The notes beneath the pieces were generated by a model. The model had not been told where the DNA came from and did no database searches. It saw nothing but the letters and a program-made list of their open reading frames with translations. A DNA stretch of 62,151 nucleotides from IMG/VR virus record IMGVR_UViG_3300048831_000054, positions 1-62,151 of that record. One strand, written 5' to 3'. Below, in pieces: positions 27,187 to 36,620 of the stretch. This DNA comes from a virus. Lineage: Duplodnaviria; Caudoviricetes. Numbering within the stretch: the first letter of the stretch is position 1; every line of letters begins with the position of its first letter. The position numbers were made by a program, and so were the translations under genes.

Positions 27187-29031
27187 TTAGCCCGGCATCT
27201 GCGCGCCAGTTGCCAGCACGCGGATTGGGATGTAGATGAATTCAGCCGCCTTGACTGGCTTGATCGCGACGTCGAGGTACATCTCGTTACGGTCAATACG
27301 GTCTGGCGTGTTGTTCGACTCATCGCACAGCGTGGCAAAGTCGTACAGACCGCGCTTGGCCATGATGTCGTTCAGGAAGCCATCTGCCGACGCCTTGAAG
27401 TTGTCGCGCGTGATCTTGTCGTTCGGTTCGAAGACGAACGGGAACGAGTTCTTGCGCAGCTGACGCTTCATGTACATCACCAGGCGCATTACGTTGATGC
27501 GATCAAGCGCTGAGGCAGCCGGCGCCGAGGTCTTCTGACCCCAGACCAGCAGGCCGCGGCCTGGGAAGAACACGATCGGGTTGATGTTCTTGAAGAACTC
27601 GTACAGGTCGTCACGCTGGCCTTGGTTCAGGTTGGCGACGTTGAACGTCGTTGCCTGACCCAGCGTGCCTGAGACGTAGCCGACCTCAGCGACACCCGAG
27701 ACCACGCCGCGCCGAGCGCCGGCTGGGGCGAACCAGACGTACGACTGGTTGTCGCTGTAGGCGTAGGTGCGGGCGGCGATACCCGACGGGGCGCAGCAGA
27801 CGTTGCGGCCGTCGAGGTTGGAGGCGAGGCCCCATGGGTAGTAGTACGCGACGTTCGTTGACGACTCGCGCTCCGAGGAGAGCGCCCAGACGGCGACCTG
27901 CTCAGGGGTCTTGGTGACCGGCGTGTCGGCGATGACGAAGGCCTCGTCCTGCACAGTGTTGCTCAGGGCGATCAGCTCGTCGACGACCTCTGGGTAACCA
28001 GGGCAGAGGATCAGGTTGTACTCGTAGATCTCCGAGCGGACTTCCTGGTTGCTGTTGATCTCCGACTGCAGGGCCGTCACGATCGAGACGCGCTTGGCAG
28101 CGTCGTTCGCGCCCAGCGGGTTGTTGATGTTGACGTTGGCGAACGTGATGGTGAACTCATCACCGGCCACAAAGGCAGTGGTGCCAGCGGTGATCATGAA
28201 GCTGATGTAGTCGCTGACGTAGGCCGTGCCGACGATGCCCGGCAGGATGGTGCCAGTGATCGAGCCGGTGACGGTGAAGTTGGTCGCGTTCGTGAACTCG
28301 ACGGTCCAGACCTCAGCGATGGCGTCCTCACCTGGCAGCAGGCTCGTCATCGTGCCGTTGCCGGTGGCTGGGACTGTCGTCGGCGCGTAGACCAGGTCGA
28401 ACTCGAAGTAGTCGCCGGCGACGAACGGGGTCGAGCCAGAGGTGACCGTGAAGTTCACCTTGGTTGACGTGAAAGCCACGCCGACGGTGCCGTTGCCAAT
28501 GATGCCGGAGACCGAACCTTGGACGGTGAACTCGGTGGCAGACGTGAAGATGATGTCGATGCTCTCCAGCCGCACGAACGGCGAGGAGGCGGTCGGCGTG
28601 GTCATCGTGCCGTTGCCGGCGGCGGTCAGGACCGGGGTCGTCGCCACTGGAACGCCAGCGCCGATGAATGTGACGGCGGCGTCTGACAGGTCAACATTGG
28701 CACGGACAACGTAGGCGCGGTTGCCGATGCCGAGGAACTGGTTGAGGGCGAACAGGCCGTACTCATTGCGGGCGTCGCCGTGGAACTCATTGCCACCACC
28801 GTCGCGCCAGAAGTAAGGGATGCCGTACAGCTGCGTGCTCTGGCCGATGGAGGTAACCGTGCGGACGACCGAGTGCTCGTTCGTGCCAGCGGCCGGGGTG
28901 ATGCCATTCGGCTGCGTCTTGCCAGCGCGCGTCGCGACGAAGAACAGCGGGACAGTTGGGGCCGCTGCTGGGATGTAGAACGACTCGTCGATGACCGTTA
29001 CGCTGACGCCTGGGCTGACTAGTGTTGCCAT
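27187..29031 (-). CDS. gp18: Tail sheath protein
   Basis: LVSPGVSVTVIDES, WFAPAG.RRG, INPI, WGQKT, LDRINV.RL, FEPND, PVKAAEFIYI. Confidence 0.95.
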   Translation of the reverse strand: MATLVSPGVSVTVIDESFYIPAAAPTVPLFFVATRAGKTQPNGITPAAGTNEHSVVRTVTSIGQSTQLYGIPYFWRDGGGNEFHGDARNEYGLFALNQFLGIGNRAYVVRANVDLSDAAVTFIGAGVPVATTPVLTAAGNGTMTTPTASSPFVRLESIDIIFTSATEFTVQGSVSGIIGNGTVGVAFTSTKVNFTVTSGSTPFVAGDYFEFDLVYAPTTVPATGNGTMTSLLPGEDAIAEVWTVEFTNATNFTVTGSITGTILPGIVGTAYVSDYISFMITAGTTAFVAGDEFTITFANVNINNPLGANDAAKRVSIVTALQSEINSNQEVRSEIYEYNLILCPGYPEVVDELIALSNTVQDEAFVIADTPVTKTPEQVAVWALSSERESSTNVAYYYPWGLASNLDGRNVCCAPSGIAARTYAYSDNQSYVWFAPAGARRGVVSGVAEVGYVSGTLGQATTFNVANLNQGQRDDLYEFFKNINPIVFFPGRGLLVWGQKTSAPAASALDRINVMRLVMYMKRQLRKNSFPFVFEPNDKITRDNFKASADGFLNDIMAKRGLYDFATLCDESNNTPDRIDRNEMYLDVAIKPVKAAEFIYIPIRVLATGAQMPG

Positions 29032-29138
29032 TGAATTTCTCCTTGTCTCTTAGTTGTACCGGTTCTAAACCATCACGCCGGTGTTTGGACAGGGATATTT
29101 ACGGGAGTGACAATTTTTCCGGTCAAATTTCAAGCAAC

Positions 29139-29924
29139 TTACGACTCGTGCTGGGGCAGGCCGGGCAGCTTGAAGTTCGGGTCGGTTGAGTCCATCTCGA
29201 AGTTGCCGTAGATGATCTCGAACGGCACCATGTTGCCGTTCTCGTCGAACTCATTGACGTTGAAGCCCTTGAGGTCACCGATCTGCACGAAGATCTTGCG
29301 CACCATCTCGTCCTTGATGTCGACGGGCGCCGAGATCCAGATCGGGATGCTGAACGAGAGGGACCAGGTGATGATCCGGCGGTCGCCGCCTGGCGCGTAG
29401 TTCTCCTCATTGCTGATGCCGATCAGCTCAACCGTCGTCAGCTTGGACCAGTCGAAGGCAGCGTCAGACGTCTGGATCTGCAGGCCAGGGTCAAACAGCA
29501 TCAGGATCTGTTCAATGATCTGGTGCAGCTGGTTGGTGTTTGACGCGTAGATGGACAGCTCGACCGTCATCTGGTACGGGATCGGCATGACGCGCGTGAC
29601 CGTGCGCAGGTCCTCAGGGTAGACGCCCCCGCGTGGCAGGAACACGCGCTTGTCAACGACTCCCGTGCCCTTCCTGTACGGAGAGAGGTCGATGCTGGAG
29701 ATGTGGGCGGCCATGATGGGCAGCACGAACGGCTTGTTCTGCGTGTTGCCGGCCTGCAGCGCGGCCACAACGCGATCCTTGCTGCCAACGGTGATCGGGA
29801 CGGTGATGTACTCGGGAACGTCGCACTCACCGACTCCGGTCTGCACCCGCAGCCCGCTGAAGATGTTGCAGAACTGCAGCAGGAAGCTGCGCAGCTGGCC
29901 CTCGTAGAAGTAGAAGTCAATCAT
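29139..29924 (-). CDS. gp15: Tail sheath stabilizer/terminator
   Basis: YFYEGQLRSFLLQF..IFS, MPIPYQMTVEL, QIIEQILMLFDP; true start ATG 29924. Confidence 0.82.
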   Translation of the reverse strand: MIDFYFYEGQLRSFLLQFCNIFSGLRVQTGVGECDVPEYITVPITVGSKDRVVAALQAGNTQNKPFVLPIMAAHISSIDLSPYRKGTGVVDKRVFLPRGGVYPEDLRTVTRVMPIPYQMTVELSIYASNTNQLHQIIEQILMLFDPGLQIQTSDAAFDWSKLTTVELIGISNEENYAPGGDRRIITWSLSFSIPIWISAPVDIKDEMVRKIFVQIGDLKGFNVNEFDENGNMVPFEIIYGNFEMDSTDPNFKLPGLPQHES

Positions 29925-30609
29925 TGTCGTCCTTTGGTGGTGTGAGCTTGGTGCTACCAACGTACTTGAGGTGTGAGGTATTGAACCACACCGTAGACTC
30001 AACATCCCAGCCGTAGGTGAATGAATCGGAGTCACTGTAGCCGCTGTGGTGAGCAGCGTCAAAGTACTTGGCCAGCAGGTCCCATGGGAAGTGCACGCGC
30101 AGGTAAGACGAGCCAGAGGGCTCGTCTTTTCCGACCAGGTCCTGGTCCTGCGCCCAAAAGTAGAACTGCTCGGCGTACGACAGGTCAAAGACCCGCGGCT
30201 CGCCCTCAATTTTAAGCAGGTAACCTTCACTTGGGACCCACGACTTGAAGTTCTGCCGCATGAACTTCAGCCAGTCGCTCCAGTGCGTGCCGCCTGGGCC
30301 CTTTCTCGCGGTGCTCGTCCAGAGGCCCTGGTTTGGCTTGTTGCCACCGGCGCGTGGCACGTAGTTGACGAGGACCGGTGGCCGGTCCTCAGTGACCTCC
30401 TTCGCGGCAGTGTAGTAGCGCCAATCTCGCTGGCGCTTTAGCCGCTCGGCAGGGTCTATCCTCTTCGGAACAAACAGCTGCAGCCTGTCAATTTCAAACA
30501 GGTGCCACGTCAGGTGGTTCTGCATGTCCCTGAGCGTGTCAAAGGCTCGCCCACCTGATAGAGTTTCAGGGGCCTTTTTTCTTGCCTCGAGGAACGTCTT
30601 GAACCGCAT
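29917..30609 (-). CDS. Putative internal head protein
   Basis: MRFKTFLE/A leader; NKPNQGLWTS...YFDA...GWDVESTVWFN. Confidence 0.65.
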   Translation of the reverse strand: MRFKTFLEARKKAPETLSGGRAFDTLRDMQNHLTWHLFEIDRLQLFVPKRIDPAERLKRQRDWRYYTAAKEVTEDRPPVLVNYVPRAGGNKPNQGLWTSTARKGPGGTHWSDWLKFMRQNFKSWVPSEGYLLKIEGEPRVFDLSYAEQFYFWAQDQDLVGKDEPSGSSYLRVHFPWDLLAKYFDAAHHSGYSDSDSFTYGWDVESTVWFNTSHLKYVGSTKLTPPKDDND

Positions 30610-30617
30610 GTCTCAGC

Positions 30618-30683
30618 CTAGGGTGTCGGCGATGTGCTTCCGTAGTCCACTTTTGGCAGTTGGAAGATCTCTGTCAGTTTCAT
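30618..30683 (-). CDS. 21-aa mini-ORF resembling a capsid-targeting leader
   Basis: GGAG RBS, then MKLTEIFQLPKVDYGSTSPTP*. Confidence 0.35.
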   Translation of the reverse strand: MKLTEIFQLPKVDYGSTSPTP

Positions 30684-30693
30684 TGCTATCTCC

Positions 30694-32577
30694 TTAGATC
30701 TGCTTCTTTCCTAGCCCGACGCGGGTGCTCGAGTCTAGGATCTTGCGTACGGACGGCTTCGTCGATGAGTATTGGCCCCGCCGGTCGGTCTCGACGTATA
30801 GCCAGCGGTTCTTGTAGGCCGAGTAGCGGTACAGGCGAGGGGCGATCTCAAGGTTCTGCGGGTAGTACAGGCGGAAGTAGTCGCCATCATTGACGGTGGT
30901 GACGTCAGGCAGGCGGCTGCCCTCGCCGTACGGCTCGCCGTTAGGTGGCAGGCCGTCCTCAATGTAGTTGCCCTGCGTGCCGTCAAATGGCGCAGCTGGT
31001 GGGTTGCCGTGCTCATTGACCGGCAGCTGCACTCGCGGCAGCACGGCGCCGATGGTAGACGTCTGGTCGTCTGAGCCGACCTCAGGCACCGCCTTCGCCG
31101 CCTGCTTGGCGATCTCCTCGCTGATGGTCAGCGGCGTCGTGTCGATCTGGTCACCCACGCCGTCGGCGAGGATGCTGTCAGTCGTGAGGTACTTCTGCGT
31201 GTCAATGGTGCCGAAGATGTCGCGCGTCTCCTGCGACGGTAGCGCCTGCTGCGCGCTGAAGCGGTATAGCGTTGGGCGCCACGCCGTGGCGTAGCCCTCT
31301 GCCGCCCAGCCAGTGTCGGTCACCTCAAGGAACTTCCTGACGGGCAGGAGGTTCTGATCGTACTGCAGGTCTGGGCGCACCTCGATGATGTCACCAGTGA
31401 TGATTGGCCGGCCAAGCACCGCCACCATCGTGTTGAACGAGCAGGTGAAGGAGTACTGGTCCAGGATCTGCAGGCCAAACTTGCTGAGGTCAGAGATCGA
31501 GTCAATAGGTGAGTACTGGCACTTCAGCTGCAGCGAGACCGGCGCGTAGTCACGGTCACGGTTCTCATTGAAGAACAGGTCCTGGATGTCGTTGATGTTC
31601 GACGGCGCGCTGTCGAGCACGTCAAGGGCCATCACCTCCCAGCTGCCAGTGCCGGTGAAGAGCGTCGGTGAGATGCGAACGGCCTTGGCGAGCAGCGGTG
31701 ACTGGAACTTCAGGAAGGTGGAGTTGATCGTCTGCTGCAGGTTGAATACGCCCTGGCGCCGCCACACGTAGTTCAGCGGCACCGTGAAGAGGTCACCCGC
31801 GACGAAGGGGACCGTTCCGTTGGTGATCGTGAATTCAACGAGCGGGGTTGAGAACTTCACGCCGACCGTGGCGACGCCGTAGGCCTGCAGCGGGCGGCCG
31901 GGGATGGTGGCGGCGACGAGGAACGTGGTAGGCGACGTGGCCATCACGCTGACGACTGCCTGAGTCGCGCTGAGGCCGAGCTGGTCGATGGTCAGCGTGC
32001 CGTCACCAGCGCCGCTGAACTGGATGGTGCCGACCTCAGTCTCCCCGTCGGCCGTGTCGATCCTGACCTGGCGCGCGTACGCGTTGACGTTGTTTGCCTG
32101 AGTGATGGCGATGCCGGCGATCTCCTGCCAGTTGGGCCGAGGCGCCTCGTTCTGCGGGTACTGCGTGTCGTCGAAGTACTTGAAGCCGAAGTCAAGGGCG
32201 ATGAAGCTGCCAAGCACACCAGGCCCAGTACCGGCGGACGCCCAGCCAGCGCCGCCCAGCTCATCAAGCCCACGACCAGGGAGGAAGGGGCTCGAGAACA
32301 GCGTGCCGTTGGCCAGCACCGAGCCCTGCCCCTGCTCGTGGACGCCGAGCAGTTTGTAGACGTTGATCGGCGCGCCGTTGATGTTGAGCACCTCAGCAAC
32401 GTAGGATTCCTGGTTGGCGAGCTCCTGGTTGGAGCACTCGTCGTCCTTCCCTGAGATCTGCCACTCACCGACGCACGTCTCAACGGGCGTGTATGGTGGC
32501 GGTAGGACTGGAGGCGGGTTGTTCGGGTCGTTGAGACTTCCGGCACCGGCGTCGCAGGCTAGAGTTGGTAGCGGCAT
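30694..32577 (-). CDS. Neck protein, gp14-like, extended
   Basis: INVYKLLG, IQDLFFNENRDRDY, DLSKFGL, LGRPIITGDIIE, LEVTD; position between gp13 and gp15. Confidence 0.75.
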   Translation of the reverse strand: MPLPTLACDAGAGSLNDPNNPPPVLPPPYTPVETCVGEWQISGKDDECSNQELANQESYVAEVLNINGAPINVYKLLGVHEQGQGSVLANGTLFSSPFLPGRGLDELGGAGWASAGTGPGVLGSFIALDFGFKYFDDTQYPQNEAPRPNWQEIAGIAITQANNVNAYARQVRIDTADGETEVGTIQFSGAGDGTLTIDQLGLSATQAVVSVMATSPTTFLVAATIPGRPLQAYGVATVGVKFSTPLVEFTITNGTVPFVAGDLFTVPLNYVWRRQGVFNLQQTINSTFLKFQSPLLAKAVRISPTLFTGTGSWEVMALDVLDSAPSNINDIQDLFFNENRDRDYAPVSLQLKCQYSPIDSISDLSKFGLQILDQYSFTCSFNTMVAVLGRPIITGDIIEVRPDLQYDQNLLPVRKFLEVTDTGWAAEGYATAWRPTLYRFSAQQALPSQETRDIFGTIDTQKYLTTDSILADGVGDQIDTTPLTISEEIAKQAAKAVPEVGSDDQTSTIGAVLPRVQLPVNEHGNPPAAPFDGTQGNYIEDGLPPNGEPYGEGSRLPDVTTVNDGDYFRLYYPQNLEIAPRLYRYSAYKNRWLYVETDRRGQYSSTKPSVRKILDSSTRVGLGKKQI

Positions 32578-33485
32578 TAGAGTCCCAGCTTCTTGTTGAG
32601 GTCGTACTTGTCGAAGAGGTCGGCAATCGGGTCGGTGTTCTCGGCGTGTGTGTACGCCTCAAGATTGACCAGCCCGACATCACCCTGCACCCACACCTCC
32701 CGCTTGAAAGGAACGTTTAGATTCAGCCCTGTCTGGATCTCGAAGTTGTGCTTCACTGGGTTGATCACCCTCGTGAAGTACGCGTACATGTTCTTGACGC
32801 CCTGCTGCTCCATCAGCTCGATCAGCTCTGTCAGGCCGTTGACTGAGTTCTCGCGGATGATGAAGGAGCGAAGTTCACCGTCCTCGTCCTGCTCGCGCGC
32901 CTTCTTCAGCTCGGCCTCCATCTTCTCGCGCTGCCTGGACAGGCTCTCAATAGTGACGTCCTGCAGCGCGTCGAGCAGCTCATGTCTCTCCGTCGGGTGA
33001 TCAATGCGCAGCAGCTTGAAGGCCGTGCTGAGGTCATCCATCAGGCCGTCAAGTGAGTCCACGCTCGGCCTGAATGAGTTCCAGAGGTCGTCACCTGGGC
33101 AGATCGCCACCTTCGCGTTGTCAGGGATCAGCACGAAGTGCACGGTGCCAAATGACTCCGCCACCTTGGGGCTGCTGCTGCAGATATAGGACTTTGACCG
33201 CTTCGGGTAGCCCTTCCACACCTCGGAGTTGTCCATCCACAGGGTGTAGTAGTTCTCCGTGTTGGCGGAGACGCGCGTGAAGTCATTGGTGTTCTTGCGC
33301 CCAAAGAGGACGTCGCTTTCCATGCCGCGAAATATCGCGCTGTGCTTGGCGTTCTGCAGGTACCCGCGGCAGTTCGCCAGCGCCCAGTCGGCCAGCTCCT
33401 GAGCGTCTACGCGCGTGACGTTGTAGTCACCGCGGCCGTCAGTGTGGTACTGGTTGATGGACTCAATGAACTGTCTAAAGCGCAT
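32577..33485 (-). CDS. Putative ADP-ribosyltransferase-fold internal protein (paralog E)
   Basis: MRFRQFIE/S; IFRG...YPKRSKSYICSSS..AESFG...REVWV. Confidence 0.62.
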   Translation of the reverse strand: MRFRQFIESINQYHTDGRGDYNVTRVDAQELADWALANCRGYLQNAKHSAIFRGMESDVLFGRKNTNDFTRVSANTENYYTLWMDNSEVWKGYPKRSKSYICSSSPKVAESFGTVHFVLIPDNAKVAICPGDDLWNSFRPSVDSLDGLMDDLSTAFKLLRIDHPTERHELLDALQDVTIESLSRQREKMEAELKKAREQDEDGELRSFIIRENSVNGLTELIELMEQQGVKNMYAYFTRVINPVKHNFEIQTGLNLNVPFKREVWVQGDVGLVNLEAYTHAENTDPIADLFDKYDLNKKLGL

Positions 33486-33488
33486 CGA

Positions 33489-35408
33489 TCACCCAACCAG
33501 GAAGGCGCAGTTGCCGAAATTGACGCCACCATTGCCGACCTCGTAATCATTGATCTGGCGGAGCAGCTCCTCGAAGTCAGCGCGCGCCTCTGAGATCAGC
33601 AGGTCACCGTTAAGCGTCAGACCACCGTTCGGTCCAGGCAGCGTGCTGTACTTGCTGCGGATCATGCCGAGCATCTCCTTCAGCTCAGCGTGCGCCCAGC
33701 CCTGGATCCACTGCTTGGCCCAGCGGTCAAGCAGCAGCTCCTGCTCGGTGCGCTCAAGCGCGCACTCCAGCACCACTCGCTCCGCGTCCTTCATGGCGCG
33801 CCGGTGGATGGTCAGCTGGCGGGACGGCTCGTGCCAGGTGAAGGTGATGTTGCCAGCGAAGATCTTCTCGAAGCGCTCTGAGGCCTCATGCATCAGGTGC
33901 AGCGCGAGCGTGTCGACAAAGGCGCCGTTGAAGTACTGCTGGAAGAACGCCTGCGCGTAGAGGTTGGCCTCCGTCGACAGGGCGGTCACGCCCAGCATGC
34001 TGATGCGGTGGATCTTCAGCACGTTCACGATCTTGTGGCTGTCATCACGTGGGTCATTCAGGTAGTACGTGGTCTGCCCCTTCTTCAGGGTGAACAGCAC
34101 GTAGCGGTGCTCGTACGCGTTGTCTGCGCGGCGCCGAAACTCATCCAGCGCGTTGTCGATGGCGACGTTGAACTGCTCCTCGCCCAGCTCGACGCAGACG
34201 CTCGGCCAGCCCATCTGCCCCTTGAGGATGCGGATCAGGCGCAGGCGCTCGTCATACGAGCCGTCGGTACCGACGCCCACCTTGTCGGTGCTCGGCGTGC
34301 CCTCCTCCTTGGAGTCGGCCTTGACCCACTCAGAGCCGGTCCAGATGAGCAGGTCGTGCACGGTACGGTCATAGAAGAAGTCACCGACCTTGGGGACCTT
34401 CGGGCGGACCGGACCGAAGTACGGGTCCATCAGCTGGATGTTCACCCACTCCGTGCCATTGTAGAACTGCACGAGGTCATTTGACAGCTGGAACCACTGG
34501 CCTAGCGTGAAGACGTACGCGTCACCGTAGGCGTGGCCGCCAGACGGCGCGTTGTTCGTCTTGAAGAAGATGGTGCCAGGGTCTGGGTTCTCTGGGAAGG
34601 TGGCGCTGTTGGCGACCGTCCCATTGGGCAGCGTCAGCCACGCGGCACCTGCCTTGACGCGCAGGGTCGCAGGCACTGCCACGACGTCGTCTGGCGCGGT
34701 ATTACCGATGCTGCCTAGGCCCTGTACCCAGTCGCCGTTGTGGAACACGAACAGGTGGTTGGCGGCGGTGTCAACGAAGGCGGCGTTCGGCCAGGTGGGT
34801 GGGCGCGGGCCTGTAGGAACCGTCTCGGACGAGGCGGGGACCCATGCCTGCACGGTTGAGTTCCAAGACAGCACCCGCCCCGTAGAGACGTCGTAGTAGA
34901 CCTGTCCGTTCGTCGGGTTGCTGGGTGGGACGTTCGCCACGTCGATAGAGCCGGCGTAGGTGTCTGAGCTCTTCTCAAAGCGGGACGACTCGAGCGGGTA
35001 CGACTGCACGCCGATCGGAAAGTACTGGAGCACGCTTGACGCGGCGTGGATGGAGGCGTAGTAGATGGTGTTGTCCTGGACGTTCGTGACGTCCACGAAC
35101 AGCTGGTCATCGATGTCGTCGCCAAAGTAGCCGTACTTGGCGGCGATGACCACTGAGTCGTCGATCTTGTCTACCGGCGCCAGCCAGTCGGTTGACGGGG
35201 CGTAGCGTGTGCCGTCCTCTGGGAAGTCAAGGCCAGAAAATGGCTTGTCTGACAGCAGCACCACGTAGCCGTCCGTCACCTCGAGGGGCGCGGTCGGGAG
35301 CGTCCAGGAGACGCGGAGAGTCGTCGCACCTGTCTTCTGCAGGGTGACGGTCATCTCGCGACCTTCAACCCAGAGCTCGTGGGTGGTCTGCTGAAGCGTG
35401 TCGGCCAT
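33489..35408 (-). CDS. gp13: Neck protein gp13-like with large N-terminal extension
   Basis: C-terminal MGWPSVCVEL, LGMIRSKYSTLPGPNGGLTLNGD.L. Confidence 0.82.
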   Translation of the reverse strand: MADTLQQTTHELWVEGREMTVTLQKTGATTLRVSWTLPTAPLEVTDGYVVLLSDKPFSGLDFPEDGTRYAPSTDWLAPVDKIDDSVVIAAKYGYFGDDIDDQLFVDVTNVQDNTIYYASIHAASSVLQYFPIGVQSYPLESSRFEKSSDTYAGSIDVANVPPSNPTNGQVYYDVSTGRVLSWNSTVQAWVPASSETVPTGPRPPTWPNAAFVDTAANHLFVFHNGDWVQGLGSIGNTAPDDVVAVPATLRVKAGAAWLTLPNGTVANSATFPENPDPGTIFFKTNNAPSGGHAYGDAYVFTLGQWFQLSNDLVQFYNGTEWVNIQLMDPYFGPVRPKVPKVGDFFYDRTVHDLLIWTGSEWVKADSKEEGTPSTDKVGVGTDGSYDERLRLIRILKGQMGWPSVCVELGEEQFNVAIDNALDEFRRRADNAYEHRYVLFTLKKGQTTYYLNDPRDDSHKIVNVLKIHRISMLGVTALSTEANLYAQAFFQQYFNGAFVDTLALHLMHEASERFEKIFAGNITFTWHEPSRQLTIHRRAMKDAERVVLECALERTEQELLLDRWAKQWIQGWAHAELKEMLGMIRSKYSTLPGPNGGLTLNGDLLISEARADFEELLRQINDYEVGNGGVNFGNCAFLVG

Positions 35409-35454
35409 TTGGCAACTTCCTAGGTAAGTCGATCCAAGCTATATTTACGTGCAA

Positions 35455-36390
35455 TCACGTGGTGGGCGCACGTTTCCTGGTGATGTCCTTCCAGGCCGCG
35501 ATGAAGTCAAGCGGGTCGATGGTCGGTGACCAGCCATCGGGGCGCAGTGAGGGGTCGGCCATGGTCAGGTGCGGCTCGCTAATGAAGGCAGGTCGAGGCT
35601 TGACCCTGAGGGTGGTGCCCTGCGCGAAGGCGGCGATGATGTCGTTGTCAGAGTACTTGGCGTTGCTGGCCCCGAGCTCATAGGTGGGGCGGCACGTGGA
35701 GCGCAGCATGCCGCTCATCAGCTCGGTGAGGACGGCCTGCAGGCCTCTCACCACGTCGGCGACGTGGGTGTGATCTCGAACCTGCGTGCCATCGCCGCTC
35801 ACCTCAAAGTCCGTCCCCATCATGATGCACTCCTGGCAGCGCCGGAAGATTGAGCTGTCCTGGCCACGGAACGGTTCACCTGGCCCAAACACGCTGAACA
35901 ACCTGACGGTCGTCGCGATCACGTCAAACGTCTGACTGTAGAGGCGGGTCAGCTGCTCGCCCTGCTGCTTCGACAGGGCGTGAGGGTTCAGGGTAATGCT
36001 GTCGAGCATGGCGTCACCGCTTGAGATGTACATGAAGCGGGTGAACGGGTGACGGCGGCAGTACTCAAGCAGCGTGAGCGTGCTGCGGTAGCTGCTTGAC
36101 AGGGTGTCACCGGGCCGCTCAAGCGACAGCGCGTGGCCTGGAAGGTCAGCCAGGTGGATGATGACGTCAAAGCCGGGGTGGGGCCGGCCAATGATGTTCA
36201 TGAGGTTCGGGATGACGCGCCACAGGCCAATGTCGTGCATGAAGTCAGTGACGGTACCAGCGAAGCTAACGACACGCTCATCGCGGGTGGTGCCTGCGGC
36301 GTCGACGCTGACGACCTCATGCTGCCCAGCCAAGGCGGTGCACAGGTGAGTGCCAATGAAGCCGGCCCCGCCGGTCACGAGGATTCTCAC
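35455..36390 (-). CDS. NAD-dependent epimerase/dehydratase (extended SDR)
   Basis: ILVTGGAGFIG, IIHLA, PHALSK, RLFSVFGP, GDGTQVRD. Confidence 0.88.
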   Translation of the reverse strand: MRILVTGGAGFIGTHLCTALAGQHEVVSVDAAGTTRDERVVSFAGTVTDFMHDIGLWRVIPNLMNIIGRPHPGFDVIIHLADLPGHALSLERPGDTLSSSYRSTLTLLEYCRRHPFTRFMYISSGDAMLDSITLNPHALSKQQGEQLTRLYSQTFDVIATTVRLFSVFGPGEPFRGQDSSIFRRCQECIMMGTDFEVSGDGTQVRDHTHVADVVRGLQAVLTELMSGMLRSTCRPTYELGASNAKYSDNDIIAAFAQGTTLRVKPRPAFISEPHLTMADPSLRPDGWSPTIDPLDFIAAWKDITRKRAPTT

Positions 36391-36434
36391 GCCATTCTCC
36401 AGGATAAATAAGCCACCGAGAACAGGAGGCGCAC

Positions 36435-36620
36435 GTGCAAAGATTTAAGCATCACGTATTTATGCCTGGCGAGACGGTCCAGGCCGTGCTACGCCGGTAC
36501 AACGGGCAGGTACTGACGCCCGCTCAGCTCACGGAGTTGGGAAGGGAGTACAACAGGTTGAATGGGACGAACGTCCCGCGCGCCGGTGACCAGCGCAAGG
36601 TCCCACTGCTAGAGCGGTAG
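36435..36620 (+). CDS. Small LysM-like protein
   Basis: HVFMPGETV..V.RRYN...NRLN...PRAGDQ.KVP; GGAGG RBS; TAAATA at 36405-36410. Confidence 0.6.
   Translation: MQRFKHHVFMPGETVQAVLRRYNGQVLTPAQLTELGREYNRLNGTNVPRAGDQRKVPLLER

Noticed and set aside
30609-30683. TAG read-through fusing the mini-ORF to the 29917-30609 gene
   Set aside because: The two starts are 74 nt apart, so they are out of frame.
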